A DNA stretch of 64,000 nucleotides from Octopus sinensis (Eukaryota): positions 75,206,001 through 75,270,000 of the forward strand of contig NC_043002.1 of the NCBI RefSeq assembly GCF_006345805.1, given 5' to 3'. The translations under genes and the position numbers were made by a program. Positions within the stretch are counted from its first letter, which is position 1, and every line of letters starts with the position of its first letter. The notes under the pieces were generated by a model, which saw only the letters and a list, made by a program, of their open reading frames with translations, did no database searches and was not told the origin of the DNA. This document shows, piece after piece, positions 23,237 through 36,849 of this stretch.

Positions 23237-25639
23237 CATAGGAGGAGTGTGAAAGAAGTGGTTGAAAGAGAAAGAAAAAAAAAGGAAATGGATGGAGGTT
23301 TTAAGGGCCAGATGGGAATGCTGTTCAGTGGAGGAGAGTTAAGAAGGGAGGAGGGGCGTGTGTGTGTGTATGCATGTAAAGGAGTGTATTTGTGCTTTGA
23401 GATGTGCAAGAGCGAGGTGTGTGTGTTTGGTGTTTCTGGTGATCTGCATATATGTAAAGGTGTGCAAGTGTGATACTATAATGGCATGGATTAGTAGGGG
23501 TATGAGGTGTGAGTTTGTGTGTGTAATCATATTGTATTTTGTGTGTGTGTATGAGGAAAGCATGGAAGTGAGGAGATACGAACAGGTACAAGTGTGAGGT
23601 AAAAGAGAAGGCAAGAAGTATGTTGAGTGTGGGATAGAAGTGTGTGCAAGGTTATAGATGTGAAATACTGTAGCATGGAAGGCAGACATGAATAGGGGAA
23701 TGAAAGAGGGAGAAACGGAATGAATATGTGCCAGCATTTTGTGCTAAGTTTAAAGTTTGAAAAATCCTCTAGTTTGTGGTGTCAAGGCAGAACAGTTTTA
23801 AAACAATTATTTTGAAAAATATCATGGAAATACAATGAAATTCAAATGTTGAAGATTAATCCAGGATTGAATACAGAACACATGTTGCAGTTAACGAAAG
23901 AGAGGGGTTGACAGTGGAGTTGTGGGGGATGGGGGACAAACAAAAACTAATTGACACTGTGCATATTTGCCTGCCAGCTTGGTTTAAGATAGCACTGTAC
24001 ACTGAAGCCAGAGCTAAAATGATTAACTATTTGTGATATCCATTTAAATGTCATTCTCCAAAAACCCAATAAAATATGCTGTGTTCTACTCCATAAAGTA
24101 ACATTGTTAGTGAAGTTAGCTTAAGTTATTTTCACATGAAAAGGAGAAATATGATGTGGGAGGTGTCTGTCCTTTTCCATTTGCCTTCTCTTTTCCATCT
24201 TTTCAGAGATAAATTCTATTTTCCTATTTCAGGCTAATGCAACTAGTTACATGTTGTTAGATCTTATAACAATTTACTGCACTATAGTTACTGTTATAAT
24301 GTTGCTAATACGTTAGTTTCTCTTGGGTATTTTTCTTTCCAATTCACTCTGTCCCTTATATATCTTACACACATACCAATTTGGTTTTGCTTTTGGTTTC
24401 CTTTCTTCTTTATTTACAAATCTGACAAAAAAATTTCCATTGCTTTTTCTCATAAATCCTTAACACATCAACATTTAATTCTAGTGCAGATGGCTTTCAT
24501 TTCATTTGGTCCTGTCTACTTGCCTTCCAAGGAAGAACTGGAAACCCTGTTTTATGGCATGTGTTTGAATTCCAGTTTTCAACTATATACTGTACAAATA
24601 AATTAGAATTAAATTCAGTTTTATGTTTGAAGCAGTATGTCACTTGCTTGTTTAGCTGTGAGGTTGTTAAATATACTTACTTAAAGCAAGTTGGGATTTT
24701 AAGATTTTTGTCCTCAAAATATCTATTTGGGAGTAAGCCATTGAAGTGTTCCCTAATAGTGTATGTGGATATGTATTGGAGGAAGAGAAGGTAAATAAGT
24801 AAATCTATGTTGTGGTTTGTTGTTTAAACCTCTTCCTCCCTTCCAGGTTTTGAACTGTTTCGAACTGACCTACAATCAAAGGTATTCATGCTGTGACTAT
24901 CCTGTAACTTTTTCCCCAGAAATACTGTACCCAGGATTGTCGGTGGGTAGTTTGAGATTTGGTTGCATTTTCTGGCAGATAGATTGATAAATAGCAAGAG
25001 AACAGAGGGGGAATGTAAAGGCTTTTTAATTAGCTCATTCATTATGGATTCATGCTGGTATCTGATTGAATCCAAGCGGCCCTTGGAGAATTGAAGTTGG
25101 TGTAAGAATGCAAATCATGAGGAAGTGACTGGGTATGTTATATGTAGTGACGCTATATCATTTCTCTGAGAGATTCTCTTACATGCCTCAGAAAAGGAGC
25201 AAAGAAATGACAGTTCTGTTTAACTGAGAAATTTTGCATATAATTCTACCCAATGTACATCTAACAGCTAAAATCTACATATTTTCACAGGTGCAGATGT
25301 TTACTGATCAGCCAAACAACCCCCCCCCCCCCAAAAAAAAAAGAAAAAAAAAAACAAAGTTATTGAACATGAAAACAAAGTGTTTACATCTGTTTGTGCA
25401 TAATGTTAGCGAGAAACCTGTAGATAAAAATTGTGTAGTACAGTGCAGCACATGTTTAGGTGTATATGTTTCTGTGTGTCTATCAAGCATTCCTGTCATA
25501 CTTTAGCCTTTCAACACCTGGCATAAAACCACCTCTCCCTCTCAAATACTCCCCTCACCATTATTTGGTAGTGGAGACTTTTTCCTTTTCCCTCTTCCTT
25601 TCCTGTCTTGCAATTTACTTGACCACATCACTAGTGCCA

Positions 25640-25825
25640 GTGTCATGAAAAGAGCAGCCAGTACATATGAAAGTGGCTAGTGTTAAGAAAGGGCACCCAT
25701 CTATAGAATCCATGTCAAAGCAAGCTAACACTGGTACCCAGTGCAGATATATAGCTCTCTGGATCCTCTCAAACCATCTGTTCCCTACCAGCATGGAAAA
25801 CGTATCTTAAGCAGTGATGATGATA
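25640..25825 (+). mobile_element. old RTE-type 3' UTR/tail copy
   Basis: Degenerate GTGGCTAGTGTTAAGAAAGGGCACCC...CCAGCATGGAAAACG...(GAT)n. Confidence 0.55.
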
Positions 25826-28574
25826 TGTGTGTCATCATTGTCATAATTTTACATCCACTGTGTATGTTGGCATAGTTCAGGCAGGACATTGCTGCTCTAT
25901 TTGGTGGGTTGAAGGACTGACCCTCACTTTTCAGCTTCATTTTCTTTTTTTTTGGGGGGGGGGTCAGTTTCTATTGCTGGATGTCCTTTCTGACACCAAC
26001 TACTTCTTTTCCATATTATGAAGCAGATGAGAGGTCATCTTTCACGTGGATGATATGCAAGTCTGTTGCAGGTAGCATAACTCCAGTTGGACTGGAATTT
26101 CTTTTGTTATGAAAGCAAGAAATTGAAACATTGTGTCTTGCACTGATATACAATAAAACAGTTGAAATAGGATGTAAAAATCAAGGCTCTCATGATGCGC
26201 TCATCAACACTTATGAATCAGTGATGTCTTATCTATGATGTATGATAACCAGTTTCACTTCTCGGGGTTGGTTCTGTTAAGACTTTGCAACTCCTTTGTA
26301 GACCCATGTTCAAATTCTTTAACAACCATGTTGAATTTTGTGGATCACTGTCAAGTGTTCCTGAGCTGTTGGCCTGCATAATCAAAACTGATTGGAATTA
26401 TTTGATATCACAATCAACTGCAACTCTGACAAGTTCTTCCAGGAATAGTTTGAAAATAAATCTGATGATTATTTGAAAAGTTGTTACTATGTCATTCCAA
26501 TTTGATCGTAGCGTTGAAATTGATCAGCTTCTGAAATATTATTTCTTTTTTTTTTTCTTTTTCTTTTACAAACTCTGAAAGAATATCAAATATGTTCCCT
26601 TTTAGTTGCTTGTTGTTGTTGTTGTTTATTTTTATTCTTATTATTGAATTTAATGGTTGCAGTTGCTTCTTCACTTTATTGCTGATGATGAAAGAGAAAG
26701 AAAGGTGTTGTTAGTGTCTATCATCAAAGGTAAAAATGCTCAATGAGGGAATGTACATTTTCAATTATAATTCCACAGACACTTTCATTTCAAAGTGAAA
26801 ATTCTAAGAAAATAGATAAAAATAAAATTAAAAAAAAAGAAAATTGAAAATAAATAAGAAAAAATCAAATTAGAGTAACTTTACGAGTTCTTTGTAGACC
26901 ATTGAACATTTTTAGAAGCCTCCAAGTTTCCTCTTTAGAATTTTATCTACAATATTATTAATATCATTAATGTCCATGTTGATAATGAAAGAATATTTTT
27001 GTTAGGCTCTTTTTCTGCTTATCTGTTCATTGCTAGGCTGGTTTATTCACTGTGGTACATAATGAAGATGGCAATGCTTGTTCCCTTCATTTGATTTCCA
27101 TATGTCTAGAAGGTTGCACTTAAATATGCAAGTTTTCACTTCATAAAAATGAATAATTTTCGATAATCATCGAGCATAATAAATCATTTTGTAAAATTCT
27201 TATCAATTTCCACCTCCACCTCAGATTAAATTGCTTTCAAAGCCCCATTTACAAGGTCTTGGTAATTTAACTATCTATAAATGCTGTGAAATGGGTAGGG
27301 TTGGAATTGGGTCAGGTGAAGGAACCTGAAGAAATCTTTTTTTTTGTTGTCTTTTGATTTTCGTTTAGGAATTCTGAGAAGCTTTAATGGACTCTGATTT
27401 AGTATAGAAATCTGGAAGGGGTCAGGGTTGGTTTCTGGAATGGATCTGAACCAAAACTGAATTTCTATGAAATATAGATACATAAAAAAAAGAAAAAAGA
27501 ATAACTAAGTTAAGTGAAATTAAGAAACAGACCTATTATATTGAGGTAAAAATTGGGGGTAAAAAAGCAATGCTGGAAAATATCTTTGGTTTGCAAATTG
27601 GTTTTATTTATTCTTTCTGAGAACAATTCAGTAAAGTGAAGAAATTTTATCTCTTTATTTCATTTTGTTTTCTGTGTGTTTTTTCTTTTCTTCTTTTTTT
27701 TTTTTTTGGTTTGTTTGTTTGTTAAATCATTAACTTTATTACGCTTAACTGGATAAGTATTGATTTTGGTGGTTGTTTTTGCTATTGATTCTCTTACATT
27801 TTTGTCTCCCGTGCAACTGTAATTAAAGGAAGAAGAGAATGTAAAGAAAGAATCCAACTGAATGAAAATACAAAAAAAAAGTACAAATAAAAACAAAAAC
27901 TAACAACTGGTTTAAAATAAAACTAAAGCCACACAGTCTGTTATAAAGAAATCAGTTTATGGAGGAACTTGAATTGAATATTTTGTTGGGTTTTTATTTT
28001 ATTTGCAATTTTTTTGGTATTTTTAAACTTTTGTCTTCCATGTTGTTGTTATTGGTGTTGTTGTCTTTTGACTTGCATGATAAATTTATGCGTTTTATTT
28101 CAAAATTTATTATTTAAATTTTTTTCTTTTTTTTTTTAATATTATAAATGAATTTCGCCTTGTTTTATTATCACTTTTTTTTTGTTGTTTCTTTTTCGTT
28201 TTTGGTTATTGTTGTTATCTGGAAACTATTATTTTTCAATAAATCAATTTTATAACTTCCTCGTTGATGTTTAGCAAATACTCCCCCTCTTCCCCTCATT
28301 TTTCAATGACAACTGTAAAATTATTGTAACCATCAAAATTTATTGTTTGACTTGAATTCTGGAGAGAGTGAATCAGGTATGGTGGGGTAGTTTTAAACTA
28401 TTATCAGTTACTTTGATTTAAAATTCACCAAACTTTATTGATGTGCTGTTGATAGATTTTTCGTTTTTTATTGGCATATATTGGTGTGTTTTTTTTAATA
28501 CTTAAAGACCATATTATTATTATTATTATTAAAATTATTAAAATTGTTATTATTGCTGCTGCTATCATTATTAA

Positions 28575-28800
28575 GGTGGTGAGCTGGCAAATTTGTTACC
28601 ATGTTGGACAAATGCTTGGCAGCATTTCTTCGAGCTCTTTCCATATTGAGCTCTAATCCAGCCAAGTTTAGCTTTGTGTCTTACCTTTTTGGGGTCAATA
28701 AAATAAGTATAAATCAAGAATTGGGGTGGATGTAATCAACTGCCCCCACCTTCAAAACTGCTGGTCTTGTGCCAAAATTAGAAAGAATTATTGCCATTAT
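28575..28800 (+). mobile_element. Deu/Nin-like tRNA SINE (tail type a, ending (ATT)n)
   Basis: AAGGTGGTGAGCTGGCAAA...GGGGTCAATAAAATAAGTA...CTTGTGCCAAAATTAGAAAGAATT. Confidence 0.7.
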
Positions 28801-28838
28801 TATTATTATTATTATTGTTATTATTATTGTTGTTGTTG

Positions 28839-29209
28839 TTACCTCTGACTTAGCAAAGGTGGAGGTATTGTTTTCAGTCGTGTTCATTTGTTTGTTTGTC
28901 TGTGGATGAGATATCTCAAGAACCGCTGGATGGATTCGGATGAAACTTTCAGGGATATTTGGCCTTGTGACTGGCATGAACTGATTAGGTTTTGGAATCA
29001 ATCCAGTGCCGGTCAAGAATTCTGGATTATTTTTCCTGTTTTTTTTACTTAATGTTTGAGAGCGGTTGGGTTCATTTTTAGTATTCTCGTTTGTGAGAGC
29101 AGCTGAGTTTATTTCAGAAATTATCATTTTAAAAATCATCTCTGGCTAATTATTGGGAGGATGTTGGTGTTGCCTTGGCAGAGGCTTGCACTCTCTGAGT
29201 GCTCTTGTT
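28839..29209 (+). mobile_element. non-autonomous Helentron-type element (HINE/DINE-1-like)
   Basis: 5' TTACCTCTGAC, subterminal inverted repeat GGCAGAGG (29177-29184), 3' hairpin GCACTC-TCT-GAGTGC (29188-29202), internal (GTTT)n, T-rich insertion site. A second copy is at 51370-51950. Confidence 0.75.
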
Positions 29210-29379
29210 GTCATTAATATTATTAAAGTAATGTCTCGGATTGTAATGGCCCATCCAATCCATGTTACTATGGCAGGTTATGGTTCTGTAGAGTTTAGGC
29301 TTTGCTCAATCTTTAGTCTTGGAGATTAACATTTTTCTTTCTTTTTTTTTTGTATCCTCTGTGGTGACATGACTGCCCA

Positions 29380-30480
29380 TGATTGTTCCCATGCTGTGTT
29401 TGTTGTTGTTGTTGCAAACTGTGTCATCTATTGTGAATATTCATACTTCCCTTGCTGCATTGATTTATGTAATTTTTTTTTATCTTGTTCTTGACAGATG
29501 TCTTTTAGAATTCAAATCCAACTATTCTCTTCAAAGACTTGTTAGCTCTTTTCTTACAGATGAATTCTTTGTAATTTAGTGAGGTTCTCTTCTTTCAGGT
29601 GTTTATTTTTGGGTATTCCTTCTTTGTTTTGTTATATTTCTTTTGTATTTGTCTCTTTCTGTTTGTTTGTTTTCATTGTTTCTTTTCATTATTGATTTTC
29701 ATTATGGATTGAGAAATCTATTTATTTTTTGTATGTCTGTTTGTACTTTGATATTCTTATCTACATAGTTTCTGAGCTTGTATCCACTTCCTTTTGTAAC
29801 TACCATGGTCATTCCATATATAATTTTGTTTAAACTGGTGATATTGATGTTTGTATCTGTTTTCATTAAGTCTACAATGGCCAATTTCATGTTTGCTATT
29901 AATATTACTGTTTTCTTGTTGAGTTTTATCTTTGGATGATGCTTATTTTTGGTCTCTATAGGAAGATCTGTTAATTTTCTGTCTTGAGTTTTTTTCACCT
30001 TAAATTATTGTCATTTGCATTCCTAAATATTCATATTCATATTTTGTGTTGTTCTGTGGTTTGGTTTCTTTGATTCTTGTATGTTCTTTTTTTTTTTCAC
30101 TTCTTTCTTTCATTTAAGCATTGTATTTTAACTTCTAATATCGTTTCAGCTTTGAGAATGTATCTTAAGTTTGGTATTCAGTTCTAAAATTATATCTAGG
30201 TTAGGGTTTTGTTTCTTTTATGAGATGTGGGTGTAAAATATCCATGTAAAATAGCAACATATTTCTGTTTGTTTGCACTTTTCCTATTTTATATACTGTG
30301 TTGGGAATTAAAGTCTAGAACTTATTTACATGTTATCATTTTTAGTAGATACTGAATTATTTCTGGTAATTTTAAATTTTGGACAATCTACTTTAATGCT
30401 ACAGATTCATAGTGAATATTTTAATCTAATTGCTAGGGTTTTTATTTGCATTTGTTTTTTTTTTTCTTTTGCATATGGAG
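29380..30480 (-). mobile_element. decayed R4/Dong-like non-LTR retrotransposon, N-terminal ORF region
   Basis: HPKIKLNKKT...NITSLNKIIYGMTMVVTKGSGYKL resembles the R4/Dong 'ITELNxLIYxxAxVxT..GxK' region. The strand is strongly A-rich with many stops. Confidence 0.5.
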
Positions 30481-30532
30481 AAGACTGAATTAGTCTGATG
30501 TTTTGTTAGTTTGTTTAGATGTAGACTTTATT

Positions 30533-31178
30533 CATCATTATCATTGTTTAACATCTGCTTTCCATGCTAGCATGGGTTGGACAATTTGACTGAGGACTGG
30601 CGAACCAGATGGCTGCACCAGACTCCAATCTGATCTGGCAGAGTTTCTACAGCTGGATGCCCTTCCTAATGCCAACCACTCTGAGAGTGTAGTGGGTGCT
30701 TTTATGTGCCACCAGCATGAGGGCCAGTCAGGCGGTTCTGGCAATGGCCACGCTCAAATGGTACTTTTTATATGCCATCTGCACAGGAGCCAGTCCAGCG
30801 GCACTGGCAATGACCTCGCTCGAATGTTTTTTCACGTATCACCAACACAAGTGCTAGTAAGGTGACACAGGTAATGATCACGCTCGAATGGTATTTTTTA
30901 CGTGCCACTGGCACGGAGGCCAGTTTGTTGCTCTGGTAACGATCATGTTCGTATGGTACCCTTAGCACTCCACTAGCATGGATGCCAGTCATTGAATTTG
31001 ATTTCAATTTCACTTGCCTCAACAGGTCTTCGCAAGCAGAGTTTAGTGTCCAATGAAGGAAAGGTACGCATAAGTGGACTGGTTACACCCCTGGCATAGG
31101 CCACGAGGTTATGGTCTCACTTGGGCTTGCGAAGTCTTCTCAAGCACAGCATATTTCCAAAGGTCCCGGTCACTAGTT
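30533..31178 (-). mobile_element. RTE LINE 3' end: ORF C-terminus, ~570-nt 3' UTR with internal ~65-bp tandem repeats, and (ATG)n tail
   Basis: The minus strand starts TSDRDLWKYAVLEKT, matching the RTE terminal DRxxWRxxV motif. It then runs into the sequence shared by all (ATG)n-tailed repeats in the window. Confidence 0.8.
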
Positions 31179-31187
31179 ATTATTATA

Positions 31188-31222
<35 letters not shown>

Positions 31223-31530
31223 CATCATCATCATCATCATCATGGTAGTGCGTTGACAGAATCATTAGTGTGTTAGACTAGAAGAAAAGCTGCTAAATAT
31301 TTTTCTCAGATCAAATCCCATTGAAGCCAATGAAATAAAGTACCTGTTAAGTACTGGTACTTACTGGTGTTAATGTAACTGACAATCCCCATTCCCTCAA
31401 ATTTGTTGGCCTTGTATCAAAACTAGAGTTAGTATTATTGTTATGTTTCAAAATATTGATCTCTAGAGGCTTCTTTATTCCTCATGTTTGGTCATAATAA
31501 TTCTTGTTCATTTGAAATCTTCGCCATTAA

Positions 31531-31750
31531 CCCTTTCGTTACCAACCTGACTGAAACCACCTCTGGCTCTGAGTACAAATGTCTTGTTTTCATAAGTTTT
31601 GAATTAAAATCTTCCACCAAACTTTAGTCACAATTTATGTTCCTAACACTAGCCGAATGATAACTAAGTTATTTTACTGAAGTCTTTGTTATATTTAAAG
31701 TAACTGAAACAAACACTGAGCATCTCAACAGAAATACGGTAACAAAAGGG
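31531..31750. mobile_element. piggyBac-type MITE (220 bp)
   Basis: TTAA on both sides (31527-30, 31751-54); TIRs CCCTTTCGTTACC / GGTAACAAAAGGG. Confidence 0.8.
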
Positions 31751-34734
31751 TTAAGTAACCCCATGGAATAGCTTTGTTAATGGTTTATCTAGTGACTTGA
31801 AAATAACACAAACATTTTAGAATCAAACAATGTATATAAATGTCAGAGATAAATTATTTTTGATATGATTATAATGTTTCTGATCATCATTTCTTTCAAG
31901 ATGACATTTTGTTTTAATAATTACATTTACATTGCATTTCAATTGATTTGATTTTTGGTCATCATAAAGTTATCTTATTATTGAATACGTACACAACACC
32001 AACTGGAATTTGAACTGGAAACCATTATTTCTGAATTAAGAGTTGTAATGCATGCTATCATCCATACCACTGATACGTGACCTGATACTATGTACGTATC
32101 CAGGAATACAATACTTGATGGTGACTGGAGATGATACTGATTGAAATGTAGTTAAGATGTAATTATTAAAATAAATATATTTCATTTCTAAAGATCAGGT
32201 TAACAATTACCCAAAATTATTGTTTTAGAAAAGTGAATTAAATTTTGTGAGAGATCAGATTTACCAGTTAAATTCCAATTAAAAATTTGGAGCTGCTCTT
32301 TTTATTTGATGAAAGAATATTAAAAAAAAAGTCCTTAGTTTAAGAAACAACCTATTATTACTAGTGTTTCCTGTTTCAGCAATTTGGTATATACTAAACC
32401 TCAAGAACTAATCAGTTAATGAAAGTGTACTTGGCAGCAAATGAAGGAAAATATATATGCTTTCGAAATAGTTAAGCACCAAATAATTAGCTAGACAAAG
32501 TAAACAGCTAGTATAGTGTTTCTTATAAATCAAATCTTTATACAATTTAGCTGATTTGATTGTTTTAGCAGATATCTAAATTCTACAGGTTAGCAAAATG
32601 TTAAATAGATTTGTGCTGAAACTTAAGACCAGCAATTGCATGCTAGCTGTTGACTTTGATATAAATGTCATGTTGTAATTGTGTTTCAACCATCAGGAGA
32701 TCAAACTATATATTGTACACTTAGATACATAATTAAGTAGCATGGCAATACTTAACTTTTCTTCAGAGAAAATGCTATGTAAAATCCAGATGGAGCAACA
32801 TACTACCTTCCTCTCATTCCTTCCCACTCTATTTTTCCTCTTTATTTCTTTTACTGCCCTTATCTATGATGATGATGATAATAATAAATGTTAAAAGACT
32901 ACACAAATTATTACACTTTTCTCTCTTCTATTTGTAATTGCTCTTTTGAGCCTTTTTATTTCTTGTAATGTATATGTGTGCTCATACACTTAAATGTGTG
33001 TGTGCATGCTCACACTTACACACACAAACATGCACACATGCATACACAAGCACCACGGAATCATTCTCAATGTTATAGCCTCCATAGAAACTGATGTAGT
33101 ATTTAGAGAGAAGATAATCTTACATTGATAATGTGTATTTACTTCTTGAGAAAGGATAGACCAATTATGTTATCAGCAGCCTTGTCATAAATGTTTAACA
33201 TGTGCCCATAGTCTAAATTATGTTCACTATTACTACTGGCATGTGCACATGTGTACATGCTCACACACTCACACTTTCGTGAGTATATATAGAGACGTGT
33301 GTGTATACATATATATATACACAAACACGTTTGTGTGCGTATACATATATATATACACACAAACACATGTTTGTGTGTGTGTATATGTATACATATATAT
33401 ATATTTATATATAATATGTATATATATATATATGTAAACACACACACACTTATGTATTTACAAACACACCGACATATACACACACATACTTTTAATTCAT
33501 ATATGTATGTATGTAATTTATTTGTTGGGTATCTTTTCAAAGAAGCTGCCATATTATACCCCAGTTATATATTTAATGGGATGCTGATATGTAAAAAGCA
33601 TAATAGCGATTTCTTGCTGGGCAGAATATAATGTGTTAGCATGATTTATGTTGAGGAAAAGCTAAATAAATGTAGCAGCTATTATTATATTCATATATGT
33701 CTCATGGTAGAGAGCTGCAGCCAAATGAAAGCATTGCAGAAATCTGTTTATGTAATTTCAGTTTTAACTCTGCTATATAGTAAGAAAGTAATTCAAGTTT
33801 ATGTACTTTTCAATCTACCCACTCTCCTTTTCTTGCGTCTTTGTTTCTTTCTTTTTGCCTTCCTTATTTTTTTCTTCCTTTATATCTTTTTTTGTATTGC
33901 ATTTTTTTTTTTTTTTTTTTCAAAGATTTTCACCATAAATCATCTGCCTTGGTTAATGTTGGCACTTTTCACCTCTTTTAGTGCATCGTCTGTACTCACA
34001 GTTACTATTAACGGCAACTGCCTTCACCACCACCAGCAACACCACCACCGCCACCACACATAATACAGAGCAATGTAAATTCACTTGCTATTACTTCAAA
34101 TACACCTTTCAGTCATGGGGACTCCTATGGTTTGTCACTTTGCTGGAAATGGTAATTGACGCTCATTCTCGTTATTCTTACTTGTACGGAATATCTCCTG
34201 TGTGCTGAAGAACTTATCAAATAGAGATGCACACAGTGTGAGCTGTACTAATTTAAGAAATGCCAAGGTACAATTCTGCTAGCCTCTGGCTCAAATGATC
34301 TATCTATCTCTATGCTGGCTGTGCATTATCTTTTCCTCACGCCTGTAATTTCTCATTCTAATAATCTTCCTCTAATAATTAGCTTAACATCTTGTTGCAG
34401 CAATAGTGGTTGTTGTTGTTGTGGTAGTGGGAGCAGCAGCAGCAGTAGTGGTGGTGGTGGTGGTGGTGTTGGTTTGAGTTCTATTTGAAGGTGTCAGTTC
34501 GGATAATGGTTTGAAAGGATCTGCAGAGCAGGCTTCTCAATAGAAATTATTTTGATTTTTCAATTAACTTTCTTCTATTATCTGCTATATTATAAAATGA
34601 CTCTGATCTGCCTCTGTCTGTCTGTCTGTCTGTCTCGCTCTCCCCTCCTTCTCCCTTATCTCTTTATTCTCTATTTGTTTCCCTGTTTATCTTCATCTCT
34701 CTTTTATTCTCTCTCTCTCACTCTCTTGCTCTTG

Positions 34735-34742
34735 TGTGTGTG

Positions 34743-34798
<56 letters not shown>

Positions 34799-34820
34799 CA
34801 TACATACATACATACATACA
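34735..34820. repeat. (TG)n-(TA)n-(CATA)n compound microsatellite
   Basis: Directly visible. Confidence 0.95.
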
Positions 34821-36447
34821 CTCTTTTCATTTCTTTCTCCAACTGTCCTCCAAATTCTCTCTTTTGCACCTCTCTCTTTCTCATCTTTTTCTTTGATCCT
34901 TCCCACATGATTGCTTCATACTTTTCTACTATAGTCATTCTTTTCTCTCTCTCTCTCTTTACCTGTCACTCATCTCTTATCCATTCTCTCTCTCTCTCTC
35001 TAGTCCCTCACCACTCTCTTGTCTGCTCTCTTTCCTCCAAACTATCTTTCTCTTCCAAACTATCTCTCTCCTCCAAACACTACACTCAGCATGCAATCAT
35101 ACTCACATCTCCCTTTCTCTCTCCCTCCTCCCATACCTTACTCCACTCCCATCCACTCCACTTCTCTGCTTTAAGTAATATTGCTAAATTGTCTCCATAT
35201 TTCAATGATTCCTTCCTATTGTTACTTTCTCTGAAAGCAACTGTCTAAGCATTGAACAACAACAACATCGACAACAATGAAAACTCAAGTGACCACACCT
35301 TATTGAATTCTGCTGTCTTGTTAATGGTCATCACTTCTTGCAGGAATGGTTTATTACACTCTTCTATGTCACTAACACGTCACTCAACTTCTCATTCCTT
35401 CCAGTTAGCTAATATCTCTGCATTACCATTCTTTCTACATCCATTATTGTGGTTTCCATTGTTGTATTAAGCTTAATGTGTGTGTGTGTGTGCGTGTGTG
35501 TGCGTGCGCGTGCATGCACACTTGTCCATGTCTATGAATGCATGCATGTGTCTGTGTCTGTGTTCATGTGTGTATTGGCGTACCTCATTTGTGTACTTGT
35601 ACATCTTTATGTCCATGTGTATATTTATGTAGGAGTATGTGTGCTTGTGTCCATGTATGTGTTTGTATTTGTATGTGTAGGTGTGTGTTCATCTTAAGAG
35701 TTTACTTTGCATTGTACTTATCATAACATAAATAGTAAATTGAATAGGGGTTGTACAGCAAAACCCAACCATTATGGAAACCAGTGATTGACCCTAAATC
35801 TGCTACTGTCAAGAATCATGAAATGTATATGCTTCTTGGAGCTCCCACAAGAGTTAGTATTTAGTTCTGTTTTAAAGGTGTTAAGTGGCAGAGAATTTTT
35901 TTTTTCCTTAGGAGATGTCAGTTTATTACTTAAAAAAAGAAAAAATCCAAAAATGGTCCAATATCTATTTCAAGCTATGAAATAAGGCTTGTATATTTGA
36001 ATACCTTGTAGTGAATTTGAACTCAAACCGTCTTGTAATGCTTGTCAAATATCATATCTATTTAGCATTTCCTACATCATGTAGGAAAAGGTTTAGCTAG
36101 CCGAATAAATGTTTGGTTGTTTCTGACATCATGCTGCTTAAATTCTTGGATATCAAATCTGAGAAATCTCTATGTGGTTGCCAAGCCTTCTAGTAATAGC
36201 AGCCAAATCTCTCTCAACTTGAACCCCATCTTAAACAAGGAAGGACACATTTGGATATTGCTTCTTTTAATGGCATGTTAACATTGTTTGTTTTGGTACA
36301 GTAACAGTCAGGCTGGTATTGAGATAGTGTAGATACCACATGTTCTACATAAAATCAAGTTTTGAATTGAACCACAAGACTTAGTTGTAAATAATCAATT
36401 AGTTGTGTGGAAACTAATCCCTAGAAGCACATTTACTAAGATCTTAA

Positions 36448-36662
36448 CCCTTTTGTTATCACAGTTCCTTTGAAGTACACTATGCCTTTGTCAATTTGAA
36501 AAGAATAAAGATTTAGTACAATATCTTTGCCATCATTAAGCTAGTGTTTGGAATATAAATTAACATGAAATTTGATGGAAGGTTTTAATTTAGACCACTT
36601 TACAACAGGAAGTTTGTATCATAGAACCAGAGGTGGTCTCAGGTGGGTTGGTATCAAAAGGA
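36448..36662. mobile_element. piggyBac-type MITE related to 31531-31750, in opposite orientation
   Basis: TTAA flanks; termini CCCTTTTGTTATC / GGTATCAAAAGGA. The internal AGAACCAGAGGTGGT is the reverse complement of ACCACCTCTGGCTCT in the first copy. Confidence 0.75.
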
Positions 36663-36849
36663 TTAAGGTGTTGATCTTCAAATAGCTATTAAACTTTGCT
36701 TTGAACAAGGCACATAACTTTGCTTACTCTATTATGCTGAACTGACAAAAGCAGGTTTTACTCACTTGAGTGGTTAATGGTTGCAAGAGCATCCAGATGG
36801 AAAATATTTGCTTTAAAAGGAATCCCCACTTCTATTTCTTACAAGCTAA

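Noticed and set aside
24233-24945. Chain of tiny plus-strand exons giving an MPN/CSN6-like string (VYGIVCG...VLNCFEL) and an RIVGG trypsin-like motif
   Set aside because: It needs hand-picked splice sites and introns of 37-56 nt, is far too diverged from the conserved CSN6, and an equally plausible minus-strand exon (24681-24752) overlaps it.
27300-28560. A-rich minus-strand tract with faint Penelope-like phrases (IDLLKNNSF...)
   Set aside because: Too degenerate to assign without a profile search.
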